Origin: Armatimonadota bacterium
GTDB taxonomy: Bacteria; Armatimonadota; UBA10988
Direction: 5' to 3'
NCBI GenBank assembly: GCA_016235455.1
Contig: JACRKZ010000031.1
Span: 67,556 to 131,555 of the forward strand
Length of the DNA: 64,000 nt
The notes below the pieces were generated by a model that worked only from the letters and a program-made list of their open reading frames with translations, did not search any database and was not told the DNA's origin. Below, in pieces: positions 9,943-18,213 of the stretch (within the stretch, counting starts at the first letter, position 1; each line of letters starts with the position of its first letter). The position numbers were made by a program, and so were the translations under genes.

Positions 9943-12306
9943 TCAGCGCGCCAACCGGAACTCGGCCATGCGCGGCAGGTTGTGGTAGCGGCCGGCCTCG
10001 AAGGTCGGGCTGAAGGCCAGCGTCTCGCCGCCCTCCTGGCGCACGCCACGGATGAAGTTCATGTAGACCGCGTCGCCCGGCTTCACCGGCCCGACCGCCG
10101 ACACGTCGCTCAGCGGCAGCGACCACAGCAACGTCCAGCTCTGGGGCGCGATGGCCGGCTGGTAGCGCAGGCCCTTGCCCCACTTCTCGTCGGTGCTGCT
10201 CCAGTAGTCCACGCGCGGCTGAATGTAGAAGCCCACCTGCCGGTACGGCTTGTCGCGCTGGGTCGAGAGGAACCACTCCCAGCGGTCGCCCCAGAACCAC
10301 TCGCCCGAGTACAGCCCCTTGGTGTCCAGGTGGTCCACCAGCCGGGCGTACAGTCGCTGGCCGTCGTGCACCAGTTGCAGGTCGGCAGAGCGGTCTTCGA
10401 TGGGGTAGCCGGCCACGTTGCGGTTGATGCGCAGGATGGGCACCTGGGTCCAGTCGACCCGGGCCGGATCGCCATCGGCCACCGCCGCGCAGCGGCCCAC
10501 CTCGGCGCTGGGCGGCGGCTGCGTCTTGGCCAGGTCCACCTCGGTCTGGTGGTTCTTCTTGCGCGTCCAGAGCTTCTTGCCCTCGGTCATCCACTGCCAG
10601 ATGGTCGCGCGGAAGTGCGCCACGCGCTGCTTTGCCGTGTCGGTCGCCGCGGCCGCCTCGGCGTTGGCCAGCACACGGCCCCAGTGGGCCATGCGCGTGT
10701 CGGTGCCCAGACGATCCCAGGCCGCCGCCTCGGTGCTCACCGGCCGGCCGCCCTGGTAGTTGCCGTAGTCGTGGAAAGCCTTCTCGATCTCGTTGTACAG
10801 CGTGGTCATCGGCCCGGCGGCGGCTCCGTACCAGCGGGGGAAGAACTCGGCCTGCAGCTTGGCCGGATCGAGGGTAGGATCGTCCAGCAGCTTGGTGTAG
10901 AGCCAGGCGTCGAAAGCGTGGTCGTAGAGCCCGCAGATCATGAAGCCGCGCACCCCATCGGCGGCGAACATGCGCATCAATTCGGTCATGCGCCGTGCCT
11001 CGAACACTGGGAAGCTGTGGTAGCCCTGCGCCGTGGCGGTCTCGATGGGGAAGCAGGGGTAGAGCCACAGCGACTTGAGGCGGCCGGGGCAGCGCCGGGC
11101 CCACTCCTTGTAGTAGCGGTACTGGTGCCCGCCATCGCGCGGCCAGAAGCGCGTGTCGATGGCCGGGCCAACCAGGATGTTGGGCGCCAGATCGAGCCCC
11201 TTGGGCGGCTCGGAGTAGTCGAAGTAGGCCAACTGCGCCACGTACTTGTCCGGGTGGGTCTTGAGCAGTTCGCGCGCCACCCGGTCGGTGAACGTCCAGA
11301 CGAGCCGGCTGGCTGAGCCGTTGAAGAAGTCGTCCACATCCTTGGGCTGCATCAGCGCCTGGCAGTTGGGGCACTTGCAGTCCGTCTCGATATCGCGCGG
11401 CACCAGGCCCACCCAGCCATCGCCGGCATTCGAGAACCGGCAGCCCTTGCCGTCGAAGTAGTCGCGCGCATCCTGCACGACCTGGGCGATGGTGGCCGGG
11501 TTTGAAAAGCAGAGCTGTCCGCCGATGGGCTCGCGGCCGACCGCGAAGTACTCAGGATGGTAGCTCTCGAACTCGGGCGAGTCCTTCTGCAGGAACCGCT
11601 TGGGCCAGCGCTCAAAGGAGTGGCTGATGGTCTCGCCGTGGGCAAGGCGGTTGCGCAGGTGCCACAGGTTGACCTCGTCGCCGGATGGCGCGGGCTCGCC
11701 CCAGGCCTTGAAGTTGACGCCGAAGGCCTGCCGCCGGTCCGGGAAGGCCGGGTGGCGGCGCACCTCGCCGACGGCCAGGCTCAGGTCGGCGGTCTTGGGC
11801 GGCAGCCATGTCCCGGCGGCGCCCGGCGCGTACCAGCGCACACCCAGAGTGTTCTCGAGCAGGTGATAGACGGCCAGCAGGCTGCCCCATTCACCCGCGT
11901 CGGGCTGCCAGTCCAGGGCCAGTTGCTCGCGTCTGGGCTGATCGGGCCGCAGCGCCAGCTGGTCGCGGCCCAGCAACACGACCGTGTCGCTCGTGACGCG
12001 CACCAGGTACTCGCCGAGGCCGAACTGGTCGCCGCGCAGGCCCAGCCGGCGCGTCTCGGCACTGTCGCCGACCAGGACGCGCGTGCCGCGCGCCGCGGCG
12101 ATCTCGCCGGTCTGATCGTCGGTCAGCACCGGCAGCACGGCGCCGGTGAGCTGCTCGACATGGCGCCGCAACTCGCCCGCGCCGAACCAGGCAGCCTGAC
12201 TCGGCTCACGCGGCACGATGATCACTGCCGACGGCTGACCACCTGTCACGAGCGGCGTGCTGCCAGCCCCCAGCAGCGAAACCATGAGCACAAGCGAGAC
12301 ACACAT
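9943..12306 (-). CDS. DUF4838-like glycoside-hydrolase-like protein with signal peptide
   Basis: N-terminal signal peptide MCVSLVLMVSLLGAG; SHSFERW, FSNAGDGWVGLVPRDIETDCKCPNC region reminiscent of DUF4838 family proteins (family call from memory, not searched). Confidence 0.6.
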   Translation of the reverse strand: MCVSLVLMVSLLGAGSTPLVTGGQPSAVIIVPREPSQAAWFGAGELRRHVEQLTGAVLPVLTDDQTGEIAAARGTRVLVGDSAETRRLGLRGDQFGLGEYLVRVTSDTVVLLGRDQLALRPDQPRREQLALDWQPDAGEWGSLLAVYHLLENTLGVRWYAPGAAGTWLPPKTADLSLAVGEVRRHPAFPDRRQAFGVNFKAWGEPAPSGDEVNLWHLRNRLAHGETISHSFERWPKRFLQKDSPEFESYHPEYFAVGREPIGGQLCFSNPATIAQVVQDARDYFDGKGCRFSNAGDGWVGLVPRDIETDCKCPNCQALMQPKDVDDFFNGSASRLVWTFTDRVARELLKTHPDKYVAQLAYFDYSEPPKGLDLAPNILVGPAIDTRFWPRDGGHQYRYYKEWARRCPGRLKSLWLYPCFPIETATAQGYHSFPVFEARRMTELMRMFAADGVRGFMICGLYDHAFDAWLYTKLLDDPTLDPAKLQAEFFPRWYGAAAGPMTTLYNEIEKAFHDYGNYQGGRPVSTEAAAWDRLGTDTRMAHWGRVLANAEAAAATDTAKQRVAHFRATIWQWMTEGKKLWTRKKNHQTEVDLAKTQPPPSAEVGRCAAVADGDPARVDWTQVPILRINRNVAGYPIEDRSADLQLVHDGQRLYARLVDHLDTKGLYSGEWFWGDRWEWFLSTQRDKPYRQVGFYIQPRVDYWSSTDEKWGKGLRYQPAIAPQSWTLLWSLPLSDVSAVGPVKPGDAVYMNFIRGVRQEGGETLAFSPTFEAGRYHNLPRMAEFRLAR

Positions 12307-12449
12307 CGCAACAGACCTCCCAGTGGCACCACACGACGCTTCGGTCCCGCCGTTCGGTTCCCTCCACGGCCCCGATTACGCGCCAGCCGAGGCCGATTTG
12401 CCCGACTCCCCGGTCGGCGGCCCCGGCCTGGCCATTTGCGCATTTGGTC

Positions 12450-12478
12450 TTGACGACGGTCCTCTGGAAGGCCATAAT
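12450..12478 (+). promoter_or_regulatory. Near-consensus sigma70 promoter for the GH-A hydrolase/LacI transcript
   Basis: TTGACG (12450-12455), 17-nt spacer, CATAAT (12473-12478). Confidence 0.45.
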
Positions 12479-12487
12479 CAGCTTGCA

Positions 12488-12497
12488 CATTCGAATG
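12488..12497. promoter_or_regulatory. Perfect 10-bp palindrome CATTCGAATG at the predicted transcription start; candidate LacI-family operator
   Basis: Palindrome centred on CG, 10 nt downstream of the -10 box, 25 nt upstream of the ATG at 12522; a LacI regulator is encoded in the same transcription unit. Confidence 0.4.
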
Positions 12498-12521
12498 CCC
12501 AGACGTTCCGTGGAGACACTG

Positions 12522-14840
12522 ATGCGACGATGGATGCTCGTTCTGGCGCTGGCGGCCATGGCTACCGCGAACGCCGCGGTGGTGAAGGTGGCCAAGGCCG
12601 GTGACCGGTGGCAACTGCTGCGCGATGGTCAGCCGTACGTGGTCAAGGGTGCCGGTGGCGACGGCCCGAAGGCCGAGTTGGCCAATCTCGGCGCCAACTC
12701 GTTCCGCACCTGGGGTGCCGATGGCCTCGAGAAGCAGTTGGACCAGGCAGAGCGGCTGGGCCTGACGGTGACGGTGGGCATCTGGCTGGGCCACAAGGCG
12801 CACGGCTTCGACTGGCACAACGCGGCGGCCGTGGCCGAGCAGAAAGAGCGCGCCAAGCGCAACGTGCTGGCCTACAAGGATCATCCCGCGCTGCTGATGT
12901 GGGGCCTGGGCAACGAGATGGAGCAGGGCCAGGAAGAGGACCCCGTGATGTGGGGCGCCATCAACGACCTGGCCACGATGGTCAAGGAGCTCGACCCGAA
13001 CCATCCGACCATGACGGTGGTGGCGGAGTTGGGCGGCCGAAAGGTTGAGACCATCGAGAAGCTCTGCCCGGCGGTCGACATCCTGGGCATCAACACCTAT
13101 GCCGGTGCGCAGAGCATCCCCGAACGCTACGCCAAGGCGGGGGGCACCAAGCCCTACCTGCTGACCGAGTATGGCCCGCCGGGCACCTGGGAGTTCTGGA
13201 AGAAGACGCCGTGGGGCGCCATGGACGAGCCGACCAGCGTCGAGAAGTCCGAGTGGTATGAGAAGGCCTACACGGCCAACGTGGTGGACAACGCCAAGCA
13301 GTGCCTCGGCGCGTACGCATTCACCTGGGGCAACAAGCAGGAGGCCTCGGCCACATGGTTCGGGCTGCTGCTGCCCGACGGCTGCAAGCTCAACCCCGTC
13401 GATGCGCTGTCCAAGCTGTGGACCGGCAAGGCCGTGGAGGATCCGTGCCCGACCGTGGAGCCGCTGGTGGTCGACGGCCCGCGCGAGGTAGCCCAGGGCG
13501 CGACCGTGAAGGTGGCGCTGAAGGCCAGTGACCCGACCAAGGCGACGGTCAACGTGAGTTGGATCCTCTCGGGCGAGCCGGCCAACTACAACACCGGCGG
13601 CGCCACCGAGGCCGCCCCGCCGACCTATCCCGACGCCATCGTCAAGTCCGATGTGAACGGCGCCGAGCTGATCATGCCGGGCCCCGGCCGCTACCGCCTG
13701 TTCGCCTACGTGCGCAACGGCCGCGGCAGCGCGGCAATGGCCAACATCGCGCTTAACGTCAAGCCGCGCGCGGTGGCCTCCGACCCGACCAAGTCGCTGG
13801 TGGTGATGGGCGAAGAGGGCGTCAAGGCGCTGTGGTATCCGTCGGGCTACATGGGCAACAACGGCCAGGTGACCGTCGATGAGAAGTGCGCCGTGCAGCC
13901 GCACAGCGGCAAGACCTGCGTGCTGTCGCGCTACGGCGCCGGCGACGGTTGGGCCGGCGTGGTCTGGCAGAACCCGGCCAACGACTGGGGCGACAAGCCC
14001 GGCGGTTGGGATCTGACCGGCGCCAGCCGGCTGAGCTTCTGGGCGCGCGGCGAGAGCGGCGGCGAGGTGGTCAGCTTCAGCTTCGGCCTGCTCAAGGACA
14101 GCAAGTTCCGTGACACCGGCCGCGGCGAGCTCAAGGACGTCAAGCTGACCAAGGACTGGCAGCAGTACACCATCGACCTGGCTGGGAAGGACCTGAGTCA
14201 GATCAAGACCGGCTTCTGCTGGGTGGTGGCGGGCCAGGGCAAGCCGGTGACGTTCTATCTGGACGACGTGAGCTACGACGGCATCGCCGAGGCGGCTTCG
14301 CCCGCGCCGCCGCCGGCGACCGCTCAAGCGCCCCGAGGCGAGCTGCCGCTGGCGGTCTATGACGAGCCCAACGACAAGCTGCCCTGGATCCCCTCGGGCT
14401 ACATGGGCAACAACGGCGCGGTGACCATGAACGCCGAGTGCGCCGACAAGCCGCACGATGGCAAGACCTGCCTGAAAGTCGACTACAAGGCGGCCGACGG
14501 CTGGGCCGGGGTGGTCTGGCAGAGCCCGGCCAACGACTGGGATGGCCTGCAGCCCGGCGGCTGGAACCTGACCGGTGCCAAGGCGTTGACCTTCTGGGCA
14601 CGCGGCGCCAAGGGCGGCGAGGTGGTCAGCTTCAGCTTCGGCCTGGTAGGCAAGGCGGCCAAGTACGCCGACAGCGCCAAGGGCGAGTTGAAGGATGCCA
14701 AGCTGACCACCGATTGGCAGCAGTTCCGCATCGAGCTCGACGGCAAGGACTTGAGCCGCATCAAGACCGGCTTCTGCTGGGTCGTGGCAGGTAAGGGCGA
14801 GCCGATCACCTTCTACTTGGACGACGTGCGCTGGGAATAG
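12522..14840 (+). CDS. Clan GH-A (GH5-like) secreted glycoside hydrolase with two tandem C-terminal CBM-like domains
   Basis: Signal peptide MRRWMLVLALAAMATANA; MWGLGNEME (acid/base) and LLTEYGPPG (nucleophile) spacing typical of GH-A TIM barrels; two ~150-aa homologous C-terminal modules. Confidence 0.7.
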   Translation: MRRWMLVLALAAMATANAAVVKVAKAGDRWQLLRDGQPYVVKGAGGDGPKAELANLGANSFRTWGADGLEKQLDQAERLGLTVTVGIWLGHKAHGFDWHNAAAVAEQKERAKRNVLAYKDHPALLMWGLGNEMEQGQEEDPVMWGAINDLATMVKELDPNHPTMTVVAELGGRKVETIEKLCPAVDILGINTYAGAQSIPERYAKAGGTKPYLLTEYGPPGTWEFWKKTPWGAMDEPTSVEKSEWYEKAYTANVVDNAKQCLGAYAFTWGNKQEASATWFGLLLPDGCKLNPVDALSKLWTGKAVEDPCPTVEPLVVDGPREVAQGATVKVALKASDPTKATVNVSWILSGEPANYNTGGATEAAPPTYPDAIVKSDVNGAELIMPGPGRYRLFAYVRNGRGSAAMANIALNVKPRAVASDPTKSLVVMGEEGVKALWYPSGYMGNNGQVTVDEKCAVQPHSGKTCVLSRYGAGDGWAGVVWQNPANDWGDKPGGWDLTGASRLSFWARGESGGEVVSFSFGLLKDSKFRDTGRGELKDVKLTKDWQQYTIDLAGKDLSQIKTGFCWVVAGQGKPVTFYLDDVSYDGIAEAASPAPPPATAQAPRGELPLAVYDEPNDKLPWIPSGYMGNNGAVTMNAECADKPHDGKTCLKVDYKAADGWAGVVWQSPANDWDGLQPGGWNLTGAKALTFWARGAKGGEVVSFSFGLVGKAAKYADSAKGELKDAKLTTDWQQFRIELDGKDLSRIKTGFCWVVAGKGEPITFYLDDVRWE

Positions 14841-14847
14841 GCGGCTC

Positions 14848-15816
14848 ATGGCGGTCACCACACACGATATCGCGGAGCGGCTGGGTCTGTCGCAGTCGAC
14901 GGTCTCGCGCATCCTCAGCGGCGCGGCGGGCCATCGGGCCGCTGCCGGTACGCGCGAGCGGGTGCTGGCCACGGCGCGGGAGATGGGCTACCGGCCAAAC
15001 GCCGTGGCCCGCTCGCTGCGGCGCGGCCGCACCGAGGTGGTCGGGCTGTATACCGGTCACGACTACGACGCGCGCAACGAGTTCCTGGGCACCGTGCTCG
15101 GCGGGCTCCAGCGCGCCTGCGAGCGGCAGCGGCTGGACCTCATGCTGTTCAGCGCGTATGGCGGCCGCGCGCCGGAAGCGATGATGGGGCGGCTGCATGA
15201 TGGCCGCATCGATGGTCTGCTGGTGCATACCACCACCGACGACCCGATCGTGCCGTTGCTGGCCGAGACGGACCTGCCGGTGGTGGCGGTGGCCGACGCC
15301 TTGCCGGGTTTGCCGGCGGCCACGGCCGACGACGAGCGGGGCATGGCGCTGCTCATCGACCACCTGTGGGAACGCGGCTACCGGCGCTACCGCATGGTGG
15401 TGCCACGGCAGTCGCTGGTGTCGGTGGCGCGGCGGCAGGCGGCCTTCCTGGCGGCCATGGCGGCGCACCCCGAGGCCGAAGGCGCGGTACTGACGGTGAC
15501 CGAGGAGGACGGCCGCATGGTGCTGCCAGTGCTGCCGCCGGACACGGTGGCCTGCTGCTGGAACGACCGCACGGCCTACGACCTGCTGCGCGCCTGCCGC
15601 GAGGCCGGCCTGCGCGTACCGCAAGAAGTGGCGGTGGCCGGGTTCGACGGGTTCCTCGACGAGAAGCTGCCGGCACGGCAGTTGCTGACTGTGGCCTGCC
15701 CGTGGGATCTCGTGGCCGAAGCCGCGCTCGACCAGCTCAGCCGCATCGTGGATGGGCAGAGCGTGGACGTGGAGGTGCGACTACCGGTGCGGCTGGTGGA
15801 GGGCGATACGGCGTAG
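14848..15816 (+). CDS. LacI-family transcriptional regulator
   Basis: N-terminal HTH IAERLGLSQSTVSRILSG, followed by a periplasmic-binding-protein-like sugar-binding domain; 7 nt after the hydrolase stop. Confidence 0.85.
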   Translation: MAVTTHDIAERLGLSQSTVSRILSGAAGHRAAAGTRERVLATAREMGYRPNAVARSLRRGRTEVVGLYTGHDYDARNEFLGTVLGGLQRACERQRLDLMLFSAYGGRAPEAMMGRLHDGRIDGLLVHTTTDDPIVPLLAETDLPVVAVADALPGLPAATADDERGMALLIDHLWERGYRRYRMVVPRQSLVSVARRQAAFLAAMAAHPEAEGAVLTVTEEDGRMVLPVLPPDTVACCWNDRTAYDLLRACREAGLRVPQEVAVAGFDGFLDEKLPARQLLTVACPWDLVAEAALDQLSRIVDGQSVDVEVRLPVRLVEGDTA

Positions 15817-15920
15817 GCGGCTGCCTGCGGCGCGTCCGGCGCGCGGCGGAGGCGTCTGTGCCGCGCGCCGACCCTCGCGCTGGCCCACGAGCGTCGATTC
15901 GTCCCGCTGTGAGGCATCGC

Positions 15921-16118
15921 ATGGACCACGGCCAACTCCGCGAGGCCTTTGTCGAATGCCACCACCATGCCCGACTCGGCATGGGCGCGAGACAGGATGG
16001 CAGATCCGCCTGGGTCTTCGGCCGGGTCACCGGTCCAAAGAGGCTCGGACCGACCGTGATCCGCGCTTACGGCACGTCGTCGTCCATGGTCGTTTGCCAC
16101 CTTCCTACCAAGGCGTAG
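15921..16118 (+). CDS. Possible small ORF (65 aa) between convergent genes
   Basis: MDHGQLREAFVECHHH...; GC3 higher on + than on the antisense frame; no recognisable family. Confidence 0.2.
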   Translation: MDHGQLREAFVECHHHARLGMGARQDGRSAWVFGRVTGPKRLGPTVIRAYGTSSSMVVCHLPTKA

Positions 16119-16148
16119 CCCAACACGCCGATCAGTCCGCCACCTTGA

Positions 16149-16793
16149 CTACTCGCCATCCTCATCGAGCCACTGGTCAACCACGCCCAGCCCCTCGTCG
16201 TGCGAGCGCGCCGCCTCGAACGCGGCGCGCGCTTCGTCGCGGCGGCCCAGGGCTTGGAGCGCGCGGCCCAGCAGATGATGGGCGACGAGGTTGTCGGGGT
16301 CGGTGGCCACGGCTTCGGCGGCGAGTTCACGGGCCTCGTCGGCCTCACCGGCGCGCATGGCGGCGCGGGCCGCGCGTTCGAGTTCGATGGCGGCGGCCAC
16401 ATGCGGTTCGACGCGCCGCTGTTCGCCGGCCTCGAGTTGCTCGACGCGTCGCAGCCAGCCGGCCACCAAGCCGAACGGGTCGCCAGCGGCCTGGGCAGAC
16501 TCAAAGGCCAGCCGGGCTTCGGTCAACCGGCCCTGGCGCAGGCGCGCCTGGCCCAGGTAGAAGGCGGCGAACAGGTCGCGCGGGTCGATGGCCAGCGCCT
16601 CCTCGGCGGCGAAGGCGGCGCTGTCGGGGTCGTCGTGGGTCATGGCCGAGCGCGCGGCGGAGACGTGGGCGGCGGCCAGCGCGTTGGGTGCGGTCTGGTC
16701 GGGTGTGACGACGAGCCGCGAGGACTGTGGAGCGCGCTTGGGCGGCTCCAGCGCCTCGCGCATCAACCCTCTGACCATTCGCCACAGACCCAT
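16149..16793 (-). CDS. Tetratricopeptide-repeat protein
   Basis: Repeated A-rich helical TPR-like units (AFESAQAAGDPFGL, AHHLLGRALQALGRRDEARAAFEAA). Confidence 0.65.
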   Translation of the reverse strand: MGLWRMVRGLMREALEPPKRAPQSSRLVVTPDQTAPNALAAAHVSAARSAMTHDDPDSAAFAAEEALAIDPRDLFAAFYLGQARLRQGRLTEARLAFESAQAAGDPFGLVAGWLRRVEQLEAGEQRRVEPHVAAAIELERAARAAMRAGEADEARELAAEAVATDPDNLVAHHLLGRALQALGRRDEARAAFEAARSHDEGLGVVDQWLDEDGE

Positions 16794-16856
16794 GCCGTCA
16801 ACTGCTCCGTCACACCGGGGGCGTTCAATGCTACTCTAGCGCTTGGAGACGCCAGG

Positions 16857-17315
16857 ATGCCGCAAGTTTCGTCTGTCGTAGTCGTGGCCGCGGAGCCGCG
16901 TGTGGTCTACCAGGCCGCTCAGGATGTCGAGGGCCTGGCTGTGTTCGTCGACGCCCTCGACAGCATCAGTGTGGTCGAGCGCATCGAGCGCCCCGAGGGT
17001 CCCGAGACGGTCACTTCCTGGGTGGGCAAGATCCCCGAGTTCAACCGCCAGATCAAGTGGACTGAGCGCGACTGGTGGAACGACACCGAGCTGACCTGCC
17101 GCTTCACGCTGGTCGACGGCGACCTTGACAAATACGAGGGCACCTGGACCTTCGCACCCGCCGGCGACGGCAGCTGCACCTGCTCTCTCGTCGTCGACTA
17201 CGAGTATGACGTGCCGCTCATCGGGCCGCTGATCAAGGGCCTCGTCTTCAAGAAGATGCAGGCCAGCGTCGACGCCACCCAGGCCGGCCTCAAGACGCGG
17301 GCCGAGTCAGTCTGA
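16857..17315 (+). CDS. SRPBCC-superfamily protein (polyketide cyclase / START-like ligand-binding fold)
   Basis: 152 aa; VVYQAAQDVEGLAVFVDAL..., EGTWTFAPAGDGSCTCSLVVDYEY pattern typical of SRPBCC; start at ATG 16857 with upstream ORF extension rejected. Confidence 0.7.
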   Translation: MPQVSSVVVVAAEPRVVYQAAQDVEGLAVFVDALDSISVVERIERPEGPETVTSWVGKIPEFNRQIKWTERDWWNDTELTCRFTLVDGDLDKYEGTWTFAPAGDGSCTCSLVVDYEYDVPLIGPLIKGLVFKKMQASVDATQAGLKTRAESV

Positions 17316-17396
17316 GGAGCTACATCCGCAGATAGCGCAGATGGACGCAGATAGACTCGTCTGATCATCTGCGTCCATCTGCGGATGTTACTCCTC
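17314..17396. terminator. Long imperfect palindrome (about 35-bp stem with a 9-nt bulge) between convergent genes; candidate bidirectional terminator or REP-like element
   Basis: gaggagctacatccgcagat[agcgcagat]ggacgcagat ...loop... atctgcgtccatctgcggatgttactcctc; three gcagat direct repeats in the left arm. Confidence 0.5.
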
Positions 17397-17403
17397 GCCG
17401 TAG

Positions 17404-18213
17404 CTACGGGATTTCCATGATCTCGATGTTGCGGAACTCGCAGGGATGGCTCTCGGACTGCAGTGAGAAGGTGCCCTTCTCGAGCAGCAGCTTGCCGTCC
17501 TTGATGAGCGGCTTGGCGTTGCCGTCGTTGGGGTCGAGCTGCGGCTGCTCATACTCGAAGACCAGTTCGCCATTCACCCAGTGGCGGACCTTGCCGCTGC
17601 CCAGGAACTCCACCTCGGCCTTGACCCACTGGTCGCCGTGGAAGGTCTTGGACCGCGAGTTCACGCAGTGCGGCGTGAACAGCTTGCCGTCGATGACCAC
17701 GTTGGTGCCCGGCGTGCACAGGTTCATCGTCGAGCGCTCGTCCTTGCCGTTGCCGCCGAGCAATTGCACCTCGATGGAGACCGGGAAGTCCTGGTCCTTG
17801 GTCATCGACTCGGGCGACTGGCCGTGGCACATGATGCCGCTGTTGCGGTAGGCCCAGCCGGGGCCGCCGGAGCACTGGTCGCCGGTGAAGCGGTACTCCA
17901 GGCGCAGGCGGTAGCGGCCATAGGGCGTCTTGTAGAACAGGTGGCCGAAACGGTCACCGAACTTACCGCCGTAGTTCTCGTAGCCGACCTTGATCACGCC
18001 GTCTTCGACGCGGAAGGTCTTGAGCGGGTCTTCACCGGCGACATAGCCGCGGATCTTGGGGATCCAGCCGTCCAGGTCCTTGCCGTTGAACAGGTTGACC
18101 CATTTGCCGTCGCCGGCCGGCGGCGGCGGGGTCGGGTCGGCCGCCATCGCCGCCGCGCTCATCACGAGCAAAGCGAACAGCGCCAGGCCGATGGCCCGAG
18201 TGATCTTGTTCAT
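17404..18213 (-). CDS. Secreted DUF1080 (3-keto-disaccharide hydrolase-like / LamG-like jelly-roll) protein
   Basis: Signal peptide MNKITRAIGLALFALLVMSAAAMA; WVNLFNGKDLDGW, GHLFYKT, HPCEFRNIEI motifs characteristic of DUF1080; ATG overlaps the TGA of the upstream GT9 gene. Confidence 0.8.
   Translation of the reverse strand: MNKITRAIGLALFALLVMSAAAMAADPTPPPPAGDGKWVNLFNGKDLDGWIPKIRGYVAGEDPLKTFRVEDGVIKVGYENYGGKFGDRFGHLFYKTPYGRYRLRLEYRFTGDQCSGGPGWAYRNSGIMCHGQSPESMTKDQDFPVSIEVQLLGGNGKDERSTMNLCTPGTNVVIDGKLFTPHCVNSRSKTFHGDQWVKAEVEFLGSGKVRHWVNGELVFEYEQPQLDPNDGNAKPLIKDGKLLLEKGTFSLQSESHPCEFRNIEIMEIP

Noticed and set aside
7099-11316. Long plus-strand ORFs (7099..8544, 8504..9988, 9910..11316) antisense to the GH36/unknown/DUF4838 genes
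   Set aside because: Low-complexity Ala/Arg/Gly-rich translations without motifs. The minus strand carries recognisable GH36 and DUF-family proteins with signal peptides and higher GC3.
12246-14972. 908-aa minus-strand ORF covering the GH-A hydrolase gene
   Set aside because: Antisense of a gene with clear GH-A motifs and signal peptide; the translation is Arg/Gly/Ala low complexity.
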